From an uncultured Lachnospiraceae bacterium (GTDB lineage Bacteria > Bacillota > Clostridia > Lachnospirales > Lachnospiraceae), in assembly GCA_910588875.1 (NCBI GenBank), contig CAJURT010000019.1, positions 281 to 64,280 of the forward strand: DNA of 64,000 nucleotides. Direction: 5' to 3'. Under the pieces are notes generated by a model. That model saw only the letters and a program-made list of their open reading frames with translations, was not told the DNA's origin and ran no database searches. A program made the position numbers and the translations under genes. Within the stretch, counting starts at the first letter, position 1, and the number at the start of each line of letters is the position of its first letter. Below, piece by piece: positions 20,335-29,957 of this stretch.

Positions 20335-23300
20335 AAAGACTCCCTCCCTGTCTGCTCTCTGCCTCTGCAATATCAACTAACGTCAGTTCCTTCGCCCGGT
20401 TTTCCAGGCTGGTTGCCAGCGCCCCTGCCGTATCCAGGCTGGTCAGCACATGCACTCCCGTCTCAACGGCATTCCTGCGGATCACAAACCCGTCATGGCT
20501 CCGCTCCGCCCCCTGCTGGGGGATATCGATCACCAGGTCGATCTCATGGCCCAGGATCAGATCCAGGATGTTAGGTGATTCCTGCTCCAGCTTACGCACG
20601 GTAAAGGCCTTCACCCCATGCTCATTCAATGCCTTTGCCGTTCCCCTGGTGGCAAAAATCCGATATCCCACCTTCTGAAACCGGCGGGCAATCTCCACTG
20701 CTGCCTCATGTTCGGATTCCCGCACCGTAATCACCATGTTTTTATGCCTGGGCAGCTTCACCCCCGCCCCCTCAAAGGCCTTATAAAGCGCCTCGTTAAA
20801 GGTCTTTGCGATTCCCAGGCACTCACCGGTTGACTTCATCTCCGGCCCCAGGCTGATATCCGCCCCCCTGATTTTCTCAAAGGAAAACACCGGCATTTTT
20901 ATGGCAATATACTCAGCCTTTTTCTGCAGCCCCGGCTGATACCCCAGTTCCTTTATGGTATGGCCGCAGATCACCTGGGTGGCCAGGGGCACAATAGGAA
21001 TCCCTGTCACCTTGCTGATATAAGGAACCGTCCGCGATGACCGGGGATTCACTTCGATGATATAGACCTCCTCCCCTGCCACGATAAACTGGATGTTAAT
21101 CATTCCCTTCACATGCAGCGCCCTGGCCAGCTTTTCCGTATAGTCAACCAGCTTTTCCTCAATCATTGGAGTAATGCTGGGCGCCGGGTATACGGAAATG
21201 CTGTCGCCGGAGTGCACCCCTGTCCGTTCAATGTGCTCCATAATGCCGGGAATCAGAATATCTGTCCCGTCACAGACTGCATCTACCTCAATCTCTTTGC
21301 CCACGATATATTTATCCACCAGGATAGGATGATCCTGGGCAATCTGGTTGATAATGCCGATAAACTCATCCATATCATGGTCATTGATGCAGATCTGCAT
21401 TCCCTGGCCTCCCAGCACGTAGGAAGGACGCACCAGCACCGGATATCCCAGTTCATGGGCCGCCTTCTTCGCCTCTTCGGCAGTGAATACCGTCTGTCCC
21501 GCCGGCCTGGGAATCCGGCACTGCTCCAGGATACGGTCAAATAATTCACGGTCCTCGGCGGCATCCACATCCTCAGCGGCTGTCCCCAGAATCGGCACGC
21601 CCATTTTCATCAACGATTCCGTCAGCTTGATGGCCGTCTGCCCGCCGAACTGCACCACCGCCCCGTCCGGCTTTTCCACATCCACGATGGACTCCACATC
21701 CTCCGGGGTCAGGGGTTCAAAATACAGCTTGTCCGCAATGTCGAAATCCGTACTTACCGTCTCAGGATTGTTATTGATAATAATGGTCTCATAGCCCTCT
21801 CTGGCAAATGCCCAGGTGCTGTGGACACAGCAGAAGTCAAACTCGATTCCCTGTCCGATTCGGATCGGGCCGGAGCCCAGCACCAGTACCTTCTTTCTGC
21901 GGCTGCCGTTCCGTTCCGGGCCAGCCTCCCCTGTCAGGCCGGCTCCGCCGGTATCTGCCTTCACTTCCCGGATTTCCTCCGCCTCACTTGTTCCGCCGAA
22001 ACAGGAATAATAATACGGGGTCTCTGCCGCAAACTCCGCCGCACAGGTGTCCACCATCTTATAGGACGCCCGGATCCCTGCGCCACGGCGCATTTTACGC
22101 ACCTTTCCCTCCGGCACTCCTGTCAGCCGGGATATCACACTGTCCGGAAATTCCAGTCTTTTGGCCTCCCCCAGCAGTTCCACCGTCAGGGGCCCTGCCT
22201 TTAAGGCCTGCTCCGTCTCCACCAGCACTGCCAGCTTGTCGATAAACCAGGGATCAATACGGGTGATTTCAAATATCTCCTCATAGGACATCCCCCGGCG
22301 CAGCGCCTCGGCAATCACCCAGATCCGACGGTCATCCACCTTGGCCAGCTGCTTTTTCAGGCCGCTCTCATCCAGCCCGCTGAAGTCATAGGAAAGGAGG
22401 GAATCCACATGCTGCTCCAGGGAGCGGATAGCCTTCATCAGAGCCCCCTCAAAGCTGGTGCAGATACTCATCACCTCACCCGTGGCTTTCATCTGTGTCC
22501 CCAGAGTCCGTTTGGCGCTGATGAATTTGTCAAAGGGCAGCCGGGGCATCTTCACCACACAGTAATCCAGCATCGGCTCAAAACAGGCGCAGGTCTTTTT
22601 CGTCACCGCATTCTTAATCTCATCCAGAGTGTAACCCAGGGCAATCTTCGCCGCCACCTTGGCAATGGGGTAGCCGGTGGCCTTGGAGGCCAGGGCAGAG
22701 GAACGGCTGACCCTGGGGTTCACCTCAATCACACAGTATTCAAAGCTGTCCGGATTCAGGGCATACTGCACGTTGCAGCCGCCGGTGATCCCCAGTTCTG
22801 TGATAATGTTAAGCGCTGAAGTCCGAAGCATCTGGTATTCCTTGTCCCCCAGAGTCTGGGAGGGAGCCACCACAATGCTGTCCCCTGTGTGCACCCCCAC
22901 GGGGTCGATGTTTTCCATATTGCACACAGTGATGACATTGCCCGCGCCATCCCGCATCACCTCATACTCAATCTCCTTCCAGCCTGCAATGCAGCGCTCC
23001 ACCAGCACCTGGCCCACCCGGGAGAGACGCAGCCCGTTCTCCAGGATTTCCCTGCACTGCTCCGGATTCCGGGCAATACCGCCGCCGCTTCCGCCCAGTG
23101 TGTAGGCCGGACGCAGCACCACCGGATAACCGATCCCGGCAGCAATCCCCAGCCCGTCCTCCACATTTTCCACAATATCTGAGGGTGCCACAGGCTCCCC
23201 GATTTTTTCCATAGTCTCCTTAAACAGTTCCCGGTCCTCTGCCTTCCTGATGGTCAGGGCCGTAGTCCCGATAAGCTTTACCTGGTTTTCTCTCAGGAAT

Positions 23301-23617
23301 CCGGACTCCTCCAGTTCCATGGCCAGGTTCAGCCCTGCCTGGCCTCCCAGGGTGGGCAATATGCTGTCCGGCCTTTCCTTGCGGATCAGCTGCTCCACCA
23401 CCTCCAGGGTCAGGGGTTCGATATATACCTGGTCTGCAATATCCTTGTCCGTCATTATGGTGGCCGGGTTGGAATTTAAAAGCACCACCTGGATGCCCTC
23501 CTCCTTAAGGGAGCGGCAGGCCTGGGTTCCCGCATAGTCAAACTCTGCTGCCTGCCCAATCACAATCGGCCCTGAGCCCAGAACCAGCACCTTCTTAATC
23601 TCCGGATTTTTCGGCAT
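20309..23617 (-). CDS. carB: carbamoyl-phosphate synthase large subunit
   Basis: 1102 aa with two ATP-grasp halves (MPKNPEIKKVLVLGSGPIVIGQAAEFDYAGTQA... and KKVLVLGSGPIRIGQGIEFDFCCVH...) and a C-terminal MGS-like domain. Confidence 0.97.
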   Translation of the reverse strand: MPKNPEIKKVLVLGSGPIVIGQAAEFDYAGTQACRSLKEEGIQVVLLNSNPATIMTDKDIADQVYIEPLTLEVVEQLIRKERPDSILPTLGGQAGLNLAMELEESGFLRENQVKLIGTTALTIRKAEDRELFKETMEKIGEPVAPSDIVENVEDGLGIAAGIGYPVVLRPAYTLGGSGGGIARNPEQCREILENGLRLSRVGQVLVERCIAGWKEIEYEVMRDGAGNVITVCNMENIDPVGVHTGDSIVVAPSQTLGDKEYQMLRTSALNIITELGITGGCNVQYALNPDSFEYCVIEVNPRVSRSSALASKATGYPIAKVAAKIALGYTLDEIKNAVTKKTCACFEPMLDYCVVKMPRLPFDKFISAKRTLGTQMKATGEVMSICTSFEGALMKAIRSLEQHVDSLLSYDFSGLDESGLKKQLAKVDDRRIWVIAEALRRGMSYEEIFEITRIDPWFIDKLAVLVETEQALKAGPLTVELLGEAKRLEFPDSVISRLTGVPEGKVRKMRRGAGIRASYKMVDTCAAEFAAETPYYYSCFGGTSEAEEIREVKADTGGAGLTGEAGPERNGSRRKKVLVLGSGPIRIGQGIEFDFCCVHSTWAFAREGYETIIINNNPETVSTDFDIADKLYFEPLTPEDVESIVDVEKPDGAVVQFGGQTAIKLTESLMKMGVPILGTAAEDVDAAEDRELFDRILEQCRIPRPAGQTVFTAEEAKKAAHELGYPVLVRPSYVLGGQGMQICINDHDMDEFIGIINQIAQDHPILVDKYIVGKEIEVDAVCDGTDILIPGIMEHIERTGVHSGDSISVYPAPSITPMIEEKLVDYTEKLARALHVKGMINIQFIVAGEEVYIIEVNPRSSRTVPYISKVTGIPIVPLATQVICGHTIKELGYQPGLQKKAEYIAIKMPVFSFEKIRGADISLGPEMKSTGECLGIAKTFNEALYKAFEGAGVKLPRHKNMVITVRESEHEAAVEIARRFQKVGYRIFATRGTAKALNEHGVKAFTVRKLEQESPNILDLILGHEIDLVIDIPQQGAERSHDGFVIRRNAVETGVHVLTSLDTAGALATSLENRAKELTLVDIAEAESRQGGSLYAGGNGPV

Positions 23618-24762
23618 TATTCCTTCCCTCCCATCATCTCTATAAAACGGTCAAACAGATAACCGGAGTCCTGGGGCCCCGGGCAGGCCTCCGGATGGAA
23701 CTGTACGGTAAATATGTTCTTTCCCACATACCTTAAGCCCTCATTCGTACTGTCATTGACATTGACAAAAGCCGGTACCGCCACCTGGGAATCCAGGCTT
23801 TCCGGATCCACGGCATAGCCATGGTTCTGGGAAGAAATGTACACCCGCCCGGTGGCCAGATCCTTTACCGGGTGATTGCCTCCCCGGTGACCGTATTTCA
23901 GCTTATAGGTATCCCCCCCTGCTGCCAGTGCCATAAGCTGATGTCCCAGGCAGATGGCAAAAATGGGCACGTCCGATTCATAGAGCCTTTGTATCTCACG
24001 GATAATCCCTGTATTCTCCTTGGGATCCCCGGGGCCGTTGGACAGCATTATCCCGTCCGGCGCCTCTGCCAGAAGTTCCTCTGCCGGGGTATCACAGGGA
24101 TACACCGTCACCTGGCAGCCCCTTTCTGTCAGGGCACGGGCAATATTCCTCTTGGCTCCCAGATCAAGGAGCGCCACCCGCCTGCCCTCACCGGCCCGCC
24201 TTTGTATGCTTTTGGTCTTTCTTGCCGTGCGCACGGACACTGGCTCTCTGTCGGGATCCGAGGGCTCCAGAACATATTTTTCCCTGCAGGATGCCGCTTT
24301 CACCACACCGGTCACCCGATATTCCTTCATCCGTGTGATCGGTTCTGTGTAATCTTCATAGACATGAGTCGTAATCATGCCGTTCATGGTGCCTTTTTCT
24401 CTTAAAATTTTGGTGAGGGCTCTTGTATCAATACCGCTGATACCGGGAATGTCATATGTTTCCAAGAAATGCTGAAGGCTGCCCCCGCTTCGGAAATTGC
24501 TGGGGATTCGGGATAGTTCACGTACAATAAAACCGTCGGGCCAGGGCCTTCCGGATTCCATATCCTCCCTGCAGATGCCGTAGTTGCCGATCAGGGGATA
24601 GGTCATCACCACCGCCTGCCCTGCATAAGAAGGGTCGGTAAGGACTTCCAGATACCCGGTCATGGATGTATTGAATACGATTTCACTGATAACTTCTCTT
24701 TCGGATCCGATGCTGCACCCGCAGAATACGGTTCCGTCCTCCAATATGAGAAATGCTTTCAT
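23617..24762 (-). CDS. carA: carbamoyl-phosphate synthase small (glutaminase) subunit
   Basis: 381 aa. CPSase small-chain N-domain, then a class I amidotransferase domain (PIFAICLGHQLMA, FHPEACPGPQD). Overlaps carB by 1 nt. Confidence 0.95.
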   Translation of the reverse strand: MKAFLILEDGTVFCGCSIGSEREVISEIVFNTSMTGYLEVLTDPSYAGQAVVMTYPLIGNYGICREDMESGRPWPDGFIVRELSRIPSNFRSGGSLQHFLETYDIPGISGIDTRALTKILREKGTMNGMITTHVYEDYTEPITRMKEYRVTGVVKAASCREKYVLEPSDPDREPVSVRTARKTKSIQRRAGEGRRVALLDLGAKRNIARALTERGCQVTVYPCDTPAEELLAEAPDGIMLSNGPGDPKENTGIIREIQRLYESDVPIFAICLGHQLMALAAGGDTYKLKYGHRGGNHPVKDLATGRVYISSQNHGYAVDPESLDSQVAVPAFVNVNDSTNEGLRYVGKNIFTVQFHPEACPGPQDSGYLFDRFIEMMGGKE

Positions 24763-24842
24763 AGGTAGGGAGCCATCCTTTCTTTTTCCATTGTCATGAA
24801 AAGTAGCTTTTGGGGATTCGGATTTTTGCCCAAATTGGTAAG

Positions 24843-24871
24843 ATTATACATGATTTCCCTTTAGATTTCAA
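24843..24871 (-). promoter_or_regulatory. candidate sigma-A promoter of carAB
   Basis: On the minus strand: TTGAAA (24866-24871), 17 nt, TATAAT (24843-24848). It lies ~80 nt upstream of the carA ATG. Confidence 0.5.
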
Positions 24872-24877
24872 GCAGTT

Positions 24878-24912
24878 CTTGAAATTAATTCAAAAAATTA
24901 ATTCAAAAAAAG
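24878..24912. promoter_or_regulatory. tandem TGAATTAATTT half-palindromes, possible ArgR/AhrC ARG boxes
   Basis: The minus strand reads TTTTTGAATTAATTTTTTGAATTAATTTCAAG immediately upstream of the -35. This resembles the TGAAT-N4-ATTCA ARG-box core. Eye match only. Confidence 0.3.
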
Positions 24913-25068
24913 AGGATGCCTTCTGGGAGGAGGGAAGGGAGCAGCCGGAGGAAAAAGGAGTCCCTGAGGGAAGCCAGGGGCGGCAGGTTAGGATAGGGAC
25001 GGAAAGAAAAATCATATTGGTGATGGGGGATGAATATATTTTCTATAATCATTTCTATCGAGGTTTTT

Positions 25069-26343
25069 ATGAGTAAAAATGTCTCGGCTGCGGCTGTTGA
25101 TACGCCTTCACAGGGGTTTTTACAGGTGAATGTTGTTAATATCAAGAATAATTTCCCCATCAAAAATGCTACCGTATCGGTCTCCTATCCTGACAATCCG
25201 GACACTGCTGTCGAAAAAACCAATACGAATAATTCCGGACAGACCCAGCAGCTTTCCCTGCCGGCCCCGCCCCTTGATTATAGCCTCCAGCCGGGAGATG
25301 AGCGGCCCTACTCGGAATACAACCTGGAAATCTCGGCGCCGGGCTATAAAACGGTCCGCATCTCCGGTACGGAAATACTGCCTGACGTTACTGCTATACA
25401 GCCGGTGCGCCTGGAACCGGAGGATGACCCGGCTCCGGAGGAGAACCCTATTGTGATCCCTGACCATACCTTGTATGGGAATTATCCTCCTAAAATTGCG
25501 GAAGCTGAGATCCAGCCGGTGGGGGAGAGCGGGGAGATCGTGTTAAGCCGGGTGGTGGTGCCGCAGACAATCGTGGTCCATGACGGAGTCCCCACAGACT
25601 CAACCGCCAAGAATTATTATGTCCCCTACCGGGACTACATCAAAAATGTGGCCTCCAGCGAGATCTATGCCACCTGGCCCCAGTCCACAATCACCGCTAA
25701 TGTCCTTGCGATCATGAGTTTTACCCTGAACCGGGTATACACCGAGCATTACCGGAACCGGGGCTATGACTTTACCATCACCTCGTCCACTGCCTTTGAC
25801 CATAAATGGATCTATGGAAGAAATATTTATGAGAGTATCTCTGTCATCGTAGATGAAATTTTTGATAACTACCTGTCAAGGCCGGAGGTGAAGCAGCCTA
25901 TCCTCACACAGTACTGTGACGGCAAACAGGTACAATGCCTGCACCGGGGGTGGATGACCCAGTGGGGTTCCTGTGACCTGGGGGAGCAGGGCTATAGCCC
26001 GATTGAGATTATCCGGAACTTCTACGGGGACAGCATGTATATCAACACTGCGGAGGAAATCTCGGGAATTCCCGCCTCCTGGCCTGGCTATAACCTGAGC
26101 TCCGGCGCCTCCGGCCAAAAGGTGCGCCAGCTGCAGGAACAGCTTGATGCCATTGCCTCCGTCTATACTGCCATTCCCGGCGTCACCCCGGATGGGATCT
26201 ACGGGCCTGCCACCGCCGCAGCCGTGAAAACCTTCCAGTCTGTCTTTGGCCTGCCCCAGACCGGGGTGACCGACTTTGCCACCTGGTATAAAATATCCCA
26301 CATCTATGTGGCGGTATCCGGGATCGGGGAATTGTACGGCTGA
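25069..26343 (+). CDS. SleC-like peptidoglycan-binding (spore cortex-lytic type) enzyme
   Basis: C-terminal PG_binding_1 motif (SGQKVRQLQEQL...PDGIYGPATAAAVKTFQSVFGLPQTGV). The central region YIKNVASSEIYATWPQSTITANVLAIMSFTLNRVYTEHYRNRGYDF matches my memory of clostridial SleC. The N-terminus looks like a carboxypeptidase-regulatory-like beta domain. Start set to the ATG at 25069. Confidence 0.6.
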   Translation: MSKNVSAAAVDTPSQGFLQVNVVNIKNNFPIKNATVSVSYPDNPDTAVEKTNTNNSGQTQQLSLPAPPLDYSLQPGDERPYSEYNLEISAPGYKTVRISGTEILPDVTAIQPVRLEPEDDPAPEENPIVIPDHTLYGNYPPKIAEAEIQPVGESGEIVLSRVVVPQTIVVHDGVPTDSTAKNYYVPYRDYIKNVASSEIYATWPQSTITANVLAIMSFTLNRVYTEHYRNRGYDFTITSSTAFDHKWIYGRNIYESISVIVDEIFDNYLSRPEVKQPILTQYCDGKQVQCLHRGWMTQWGSCDLGEQGYSPIEIIRNFYGDSMYINTAEEISGIPASWPGYNLSSGASGQKVRQLQEQLDAIASVYTAIPGVTPDGIYGPATAAAVKTFQSVFGLPQTGVTDFATWYKISHIYVAVSGIGELYG

Positions 26344-26349
26344 ATGGCC

Positions 26350-26390
26350 GGGGGCTGCCGCTTTTGGCTTACGCGGCAGCCCCCTCTCTT
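26350..26390. terminator. bidirectional hairpin between convergent genes
   Basis: GGGGGCTGCCGC (26350-26361) pairs perfectly with GCGGCAGCCCCC (26373-26384). Confidence 0.6.
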
Positions 26391-26459
26391 AAAATACAAT
26401 ATGGCCTACACTGCCAATGATGCCCTTGGCGGTGCCCCTTTGGCCCCTCCCAGGATTCG

Positions 26460-27266
26460 TCAGGAGATCCTCTTGTCTATCCAATGCAGCACGTCCCCAA
26501 TCACTTCATCCTTGCAGTATTCATTAAAAATCTCATGGAACAGATTGCCGTAGATCTTCATCTGCTTATCGGCGGATGCCGCTTCCCCAAAGAAACGGTA
26601 GGTATCCTGCACGCTTACCAACCCATCCTTTTCCCCGTGCAGCATAAGCACCGGATAGGCAAAGGACTTAGCCTTTTCTTTAAACCATGCAAGCCCGTCA
26701 CAGAGGGCGTAACACAAGCCTGTGGTAAAGGTCTTCGTGTTATAGGGATCCTTCCCATACCAGTCTACCACCTCAGCCACGGAACACACCCCTGCCCCCA
26801 GTTCATTGGGCAGCTTGGTATGTACCTCCAATCCCTTGGGCACCCCGGTAATCAGGCCTCCGATATCATAAGTCAGGGCGCCGCTGGTAACGATTCCCCG
26901 CAGCTTCTGATCCGGATATTTTGCGCCATATAGGGATACCGTAAAGCCCCCCATACTGTGGCCAACCAAAAAGACCGGGATATCCGGATTCTCCGCAACT
27001 GCCATATTTACCACCACATGCGTGTCGTCCAATAATTCATTAAAATCTGAATAGTACGTCCGTTCCCCTTCTGAACGCCCATGCCCCCGATGGTCAAAAC
27101 GGTAGGTCCCGATCTTTGCCTGATGGAACTTCTCTGCAAAATAGTCATACCGCCCCTGATGTTCGCACAGCCCATGGACAATCACTGCCACTGCCCGCGC
27201 CCCTTCCGGAACCTCCTTATTCAGGTATAGCTGCATCCCGTCAAATGAAGAAAACATTTCACCCAT
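26460..27266 (-). CDS. alpha/beta hydrolase (lysophospholipase/monoacylglycerol-lipase type)
   Basis: 268 aa. HGLCEHQGRY, nucleophile elbow GHSMGG, C-terminal His motif LFHEIFNE. Confidence 0.8.
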   Translation of the reverse strand: MGEMFSSFDGMQLYLNKEVPEGARAVAVIVHGLCEHQGRYDYFAEKFHQAKIGTYRFDHRGHGRSEGERTYYSDFNELLDDTHVVVNMAVAENPDIPVFLVGHSMGGFTVSLYGAKYPDQKLRGIVTSGALTYDIGGLITGVPKGLEVHTKLPNELGAGVCSVAEVVDWYGKDPYNTKTFTTGLCYALCDGLAWFKEKAKSFAYPVLMLHGEKDGLVSVQDTYRFFGEAASADKQMKIYGNLFHEIFNEYCKDEVIGDVLHWIDKRIS

Positions 27267-27370
27267 AATATACTCCTCCTTTTGCTGGTTTTATGGTTCA
27301 AGCATAGCATATTTCCCCGGTAAAGTATAGGCCTTGCCGATTCCCTGTGGAAATAAATATCATTTTCCTC

Positions 27371-27399
27371 TTGCTATCTAGTATTAAAAACTATATAAT
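27371..27399 (+). promoter_or_regulatory. candidate sigma-A promoter
   Basis: TTGCTA, 17 nt, TATAAT. Lies 18 nt upstream of the AGAGGTGA RBS of the gene at 27418. Confidence 0.45.
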
Positions 27400-27417
27400 A
27401 AGGTCAGAGGTGACAAA

Positions 27418-28047
27418 ATGAAGAATAACAATGAAAAACTAGCCGCTATCCTTGCCCGCCTGGACCAGCTTTCCTACATCAGGCTGGACAAGATCCCTGA
27501 GATTGACCTGTATATGGACCAGGTCACCTCCTTTATGGAGGACCATCTGAAAAAAACCAAACGCAGCCCCGAGGATAAGGTTTTAACCAAGACCATGATC
27601 AACAATTATGCCAAAAACCGCCTGCTTCCGCCGCCGGTGAAAAAGAAGTATTCCCGGGAGCATATCCTGCTTCTGCTCTTCATTTATTACTACAAGAACC
27701 TGCTGTCCTTCAGTGATATTGAACAATTGTTCCGTCCCATCACGGAACAGCATTTCAACACCCTGGCCCAGTTATCCTTAAGCGATATCTATCAGGAAGT
27801 ATTCTCGCTGGAGCACAGCCAGATGGAACGGCTAAAAGAAGACACCCGCATCAAATTCGAGGCCGCCAGCGCCACCTTTGCTAATGCGGAGGAGGAGGAA
27901 CGGGAATACCTGCAGCTGTTTGCTTTTATCAGCGAATTGGCTTTTGATGTATATCTGAAAAAACAGATGATCGAAAACCTCCTTGACCAGCTGCGCCAGG
28001 AAGGATCCCCTGCAGAGCCAAACAAGAAAAATGACAAAAACAGATGA
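27418..28047 (+). CDS. DUF1836-family protein
   Basis: 209 aa. The block IDLYMDQVTSFMEDHL...LTKTMINNYAKNRLLPPPVKKKYSREHILLLLFIYYYK matches my memory of DUF1836. Confidence 0.6.
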   Translation: MKNNNEKLAAILARLDQLSYIRLDKIPEIDLYMDQVTSFMEDHLKKTKRSPEDKVLTKTMINNYAKNRLLPPPVKKKYSREHILLLLFIYYYKNLLSFSDIEQLFRPITEQHFNTLAQLSLSDIYQEVFSLEHSQMERLKEDTRIKFEAASATFANAEEEEREYLQLFAFISELAFDVYLKKQMIENLLDQLRQEGSPAEPNKKNDKNR

Positions 28048-28071
28048 GCGTCCAATGCCCATCTGTTTTTT
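28036..28071. terminator. bidirectional intrinsic terminator
   Basis: AAAAACAGATG ... CATCTGTTTTT. An 11-bp stem with A/T runs on both sides, overlapping the stop codon at 28045-28047. Confidence 0.65.
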
Positions 28072-28072
28072 A

Positions 28073-28366
28073 TCATTCCTCCTTTGGCAGCCTGGCAAAT
28101 ACCATATCATATCCATCGCTTCCATAATTCAGCGAACGGTTCACACGGCTGATCGTTGCTGTGGAAGCCCCTGTCTTTTCTGCAATATCCAGATAGGTTC
28201 TCTTTTCCCTGAGCATCTTTGCCACCTCATAGCGCTGGGATAAGGATAAAAGTTCATTCACTGTGCATACATCCTCAAAAAATGCGTAACACTCTTCCGG
28301 AGTCTCCAGCGTCAAAATTGCCTGAAACAGATGATCTACTGCCTCAGTCTTGATTTTCTTATTCAT
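28073..28366 (-). CDS. YerC/YecD-family TrpR-like DNA-binding protein
   Basis: 97 aa. LFQAILTLETPEECYAFFEDVCTVNELLSLSQRYEVAKMLREKRTYLDIAEKTGASTATISRVNRSLNYG. Confidence 0.8.
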   Translation of the reverse strand: MNKKIKTEAVDHLFQAILTLETPEECYAFFEDVCTVNELLSLSQRYEVAKMLREKRTYLDIAEKTGASTATISRVNRSLNYGSDGYDMVFARLPKEE

Positions 28367-28450
28367 ATCAGGCTCCCCTCCTTAATTTTGGCCGCTTCTG
28401 ATAGTTTAGCACAGTAAATTTGTAAAGTCCATACCTGTTTTTAAGTTTTT

Positions 28451-28485
28451 AAAAGAAAAAGAACCCTGCCTTTGCCACAGGGTTC
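28451..28485 (-). terminator. intrinsic terminator of the hydrogenase operon
   Basis: The minus strand reads GAACCCTGTGGCAAAGGCAGGGTTC followed by TTTTTCTTTT. Confidence 0.75.
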
Positions 28486-28505
28486 CCTTTAATAAAATCA
28501 TGTTC

Positions 28506-29957
28506 TCAATGTCTGTGCATCGCTACCTGCTCCAGGCCCAGATTCTTCAGGTTCTCATGCACTTCCCGCTTATCTGCCTGGCCAATCAGAAGGTCTCTGG
28601 CCTTTTTCGCCTCCATCTCGCTCTTGTGTTTGCTCGGGCCTCCCACACAGCCTCCCACACAGACCATGCCTTCCACAAAATCCGCCGGCAGCTTACCCAC
28701 CTTCATCAGAAGCAAGGCCTTCTTACATTCCGCAGCGCCGTTGCATTTCATCACATTGGGGGCAATGTCCTCGTTCATCTCCTTAAAGCACTGCACCACG
28801 GCTGCCGTCACGCCACCGGAATTGCCAAACCGTTTGCCAAATACGGAACTTTCCTGATAGCTGTTCTCCTCCGGCTCCAGTTCCACCCCCTTTGCCCGCA
28901 TCATCGCACGGATCTCCCCAAAGGTCATGGCATAGTCCGCATTTCCAGTGATATTCAAATCCAGCGTCTCGCTCTTCTTGGCAATGCAAGGGCCGATAAA
29001 GACAGTAATCGTCTCCGGATCCTGTTCCTTCAGCATGCGTGATACCCCGCACATCGGAGACACTGTGGTAGACATATTGTCAAGAAGCATGGGGAAATGC
29101 TGTTTAATCATATTTACGAATGCCGGACAGCAGGAGGTAGTCATCTTCTTGCCCTCCTTATAGGCCTCCGCCCATTCCGCCGCCTCAGCCGCCGCAGTCA
29201 GATCCCCTCCGAGACCGACCTCAACCATATCGGCAAAGCCTATCTTTTTCAGGGCTGTCTTCCAGCTTGCCATCGTAATATCTGTCCCAAACTGTCCTTC
29301 CGTGGCCGGGGCAACCATGGCAACCACCCGCTTTCCGGCATTGATCAGCCGGATAATGTCCACCATAAAAGTCTTGGTGCCAATCGCACCAAAGGGGCAG
29401 CTGTGGATACAGGCGCCGCACTGGATGCATTTGCTCTCGTCAATGACGCAGATCCCGTATTCATCGTAGGTAATGGCATCCACCGGGCAGACCTTCTTGC
29501 AGGGGCGTTCCAAATGGGCAATGGCACTGTACGGGCATGCCTGGGCACACTTTCCGCATTCCTTACATTTCCCCGGATCGATATGGGCACGGCTGTCGCC
29601 AATGGTGATGGCGCCAAAATTACAGGAATTCTGGCAGGCCTTTCCCATACAGTTGCGGCAGTTATCCGTGACCACATAAGATGCGATAGGACACTCCTCA
29701 CAAGCCGCCTTAATTACCTGCACCACGTTCATGGAATCCATCCCTACCGGGCACTTCCCCTCCGCCAGACGGATCCTCTGCTTGGTTATCTCACGCTCTT
29801 TATAGATACAGCAGCGAAACTGAGCCTGGGGTCCCGGGAACATCTGATAGGGAAGTTCTTCACGCTTCTCCTCCAGGGTTCCCTCCCATGCCAGCTTTGC
29901 CACCTCGCAAAGTATATCATGCTTAATTTTTAAAATGGTTGCGTCATTTGTTACCAT
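28506..29957 (-). CDS. hydA: [FeFe]-hydrogenase catalytic subunit (monomeric, ferredoxin-type N-terminal clusters)
   Basis: H-cluster motifs TSCCPAFVNMIKQHFP, FIGPCIAKKSE and EGMVCVGGCVGGP. Upstream 4Fe-4S motifs CKECGKCAQACP and CIQCGACIHSCP. Confidence 0.9.
   Translation of the reverse strand: MVTNDATILKIKHDILCEVAKLAWEGTLEEKREELPYQMFPGPQAQFRCCIYKEREITKQRIRLAEGKCPVGMDSMNVVQVIKAACEECPIASYVVTDNCRNCMGKACQNSCNFGAITIGDSRAHIDPGKCKECGKCAQACPYSAIAHLERPCKKVCPVDAITYDEYGICVIDESKCIQCGACIHSCPFGAIGTKTFMVDIIRLINAGKRVVAMVAPATEGQFGTDITMASWKTALKKIGFADMVEVGLGGDLTAAAEAAEWAEAYKEGKKMTTSCCPAFVNMIKQHFPMLLDNMSTTVSPMCGVSRMLKEQDPETITVFIGPCIAKKSETLDLNITGNADYAMTFGEIRAMMRAKGVELEPEENSYQESSVFGKRFGNSGGVTAAVVQCFKEMNEDIAPNVMKCNGAAECKKALLLMKVGKLPADFVEGMVCVGGCVGGPSKHKSEMEAKKARDLLIGQADKREVHENLKNLGLEQVAMHRH

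Noticed and set aside
24763-24842. PyrR-binding attenuator upstream of carA
   Set aside because: The leader is only ~80 nt and lacks both a terminator hairpin and the PyrR binding-loop motif.
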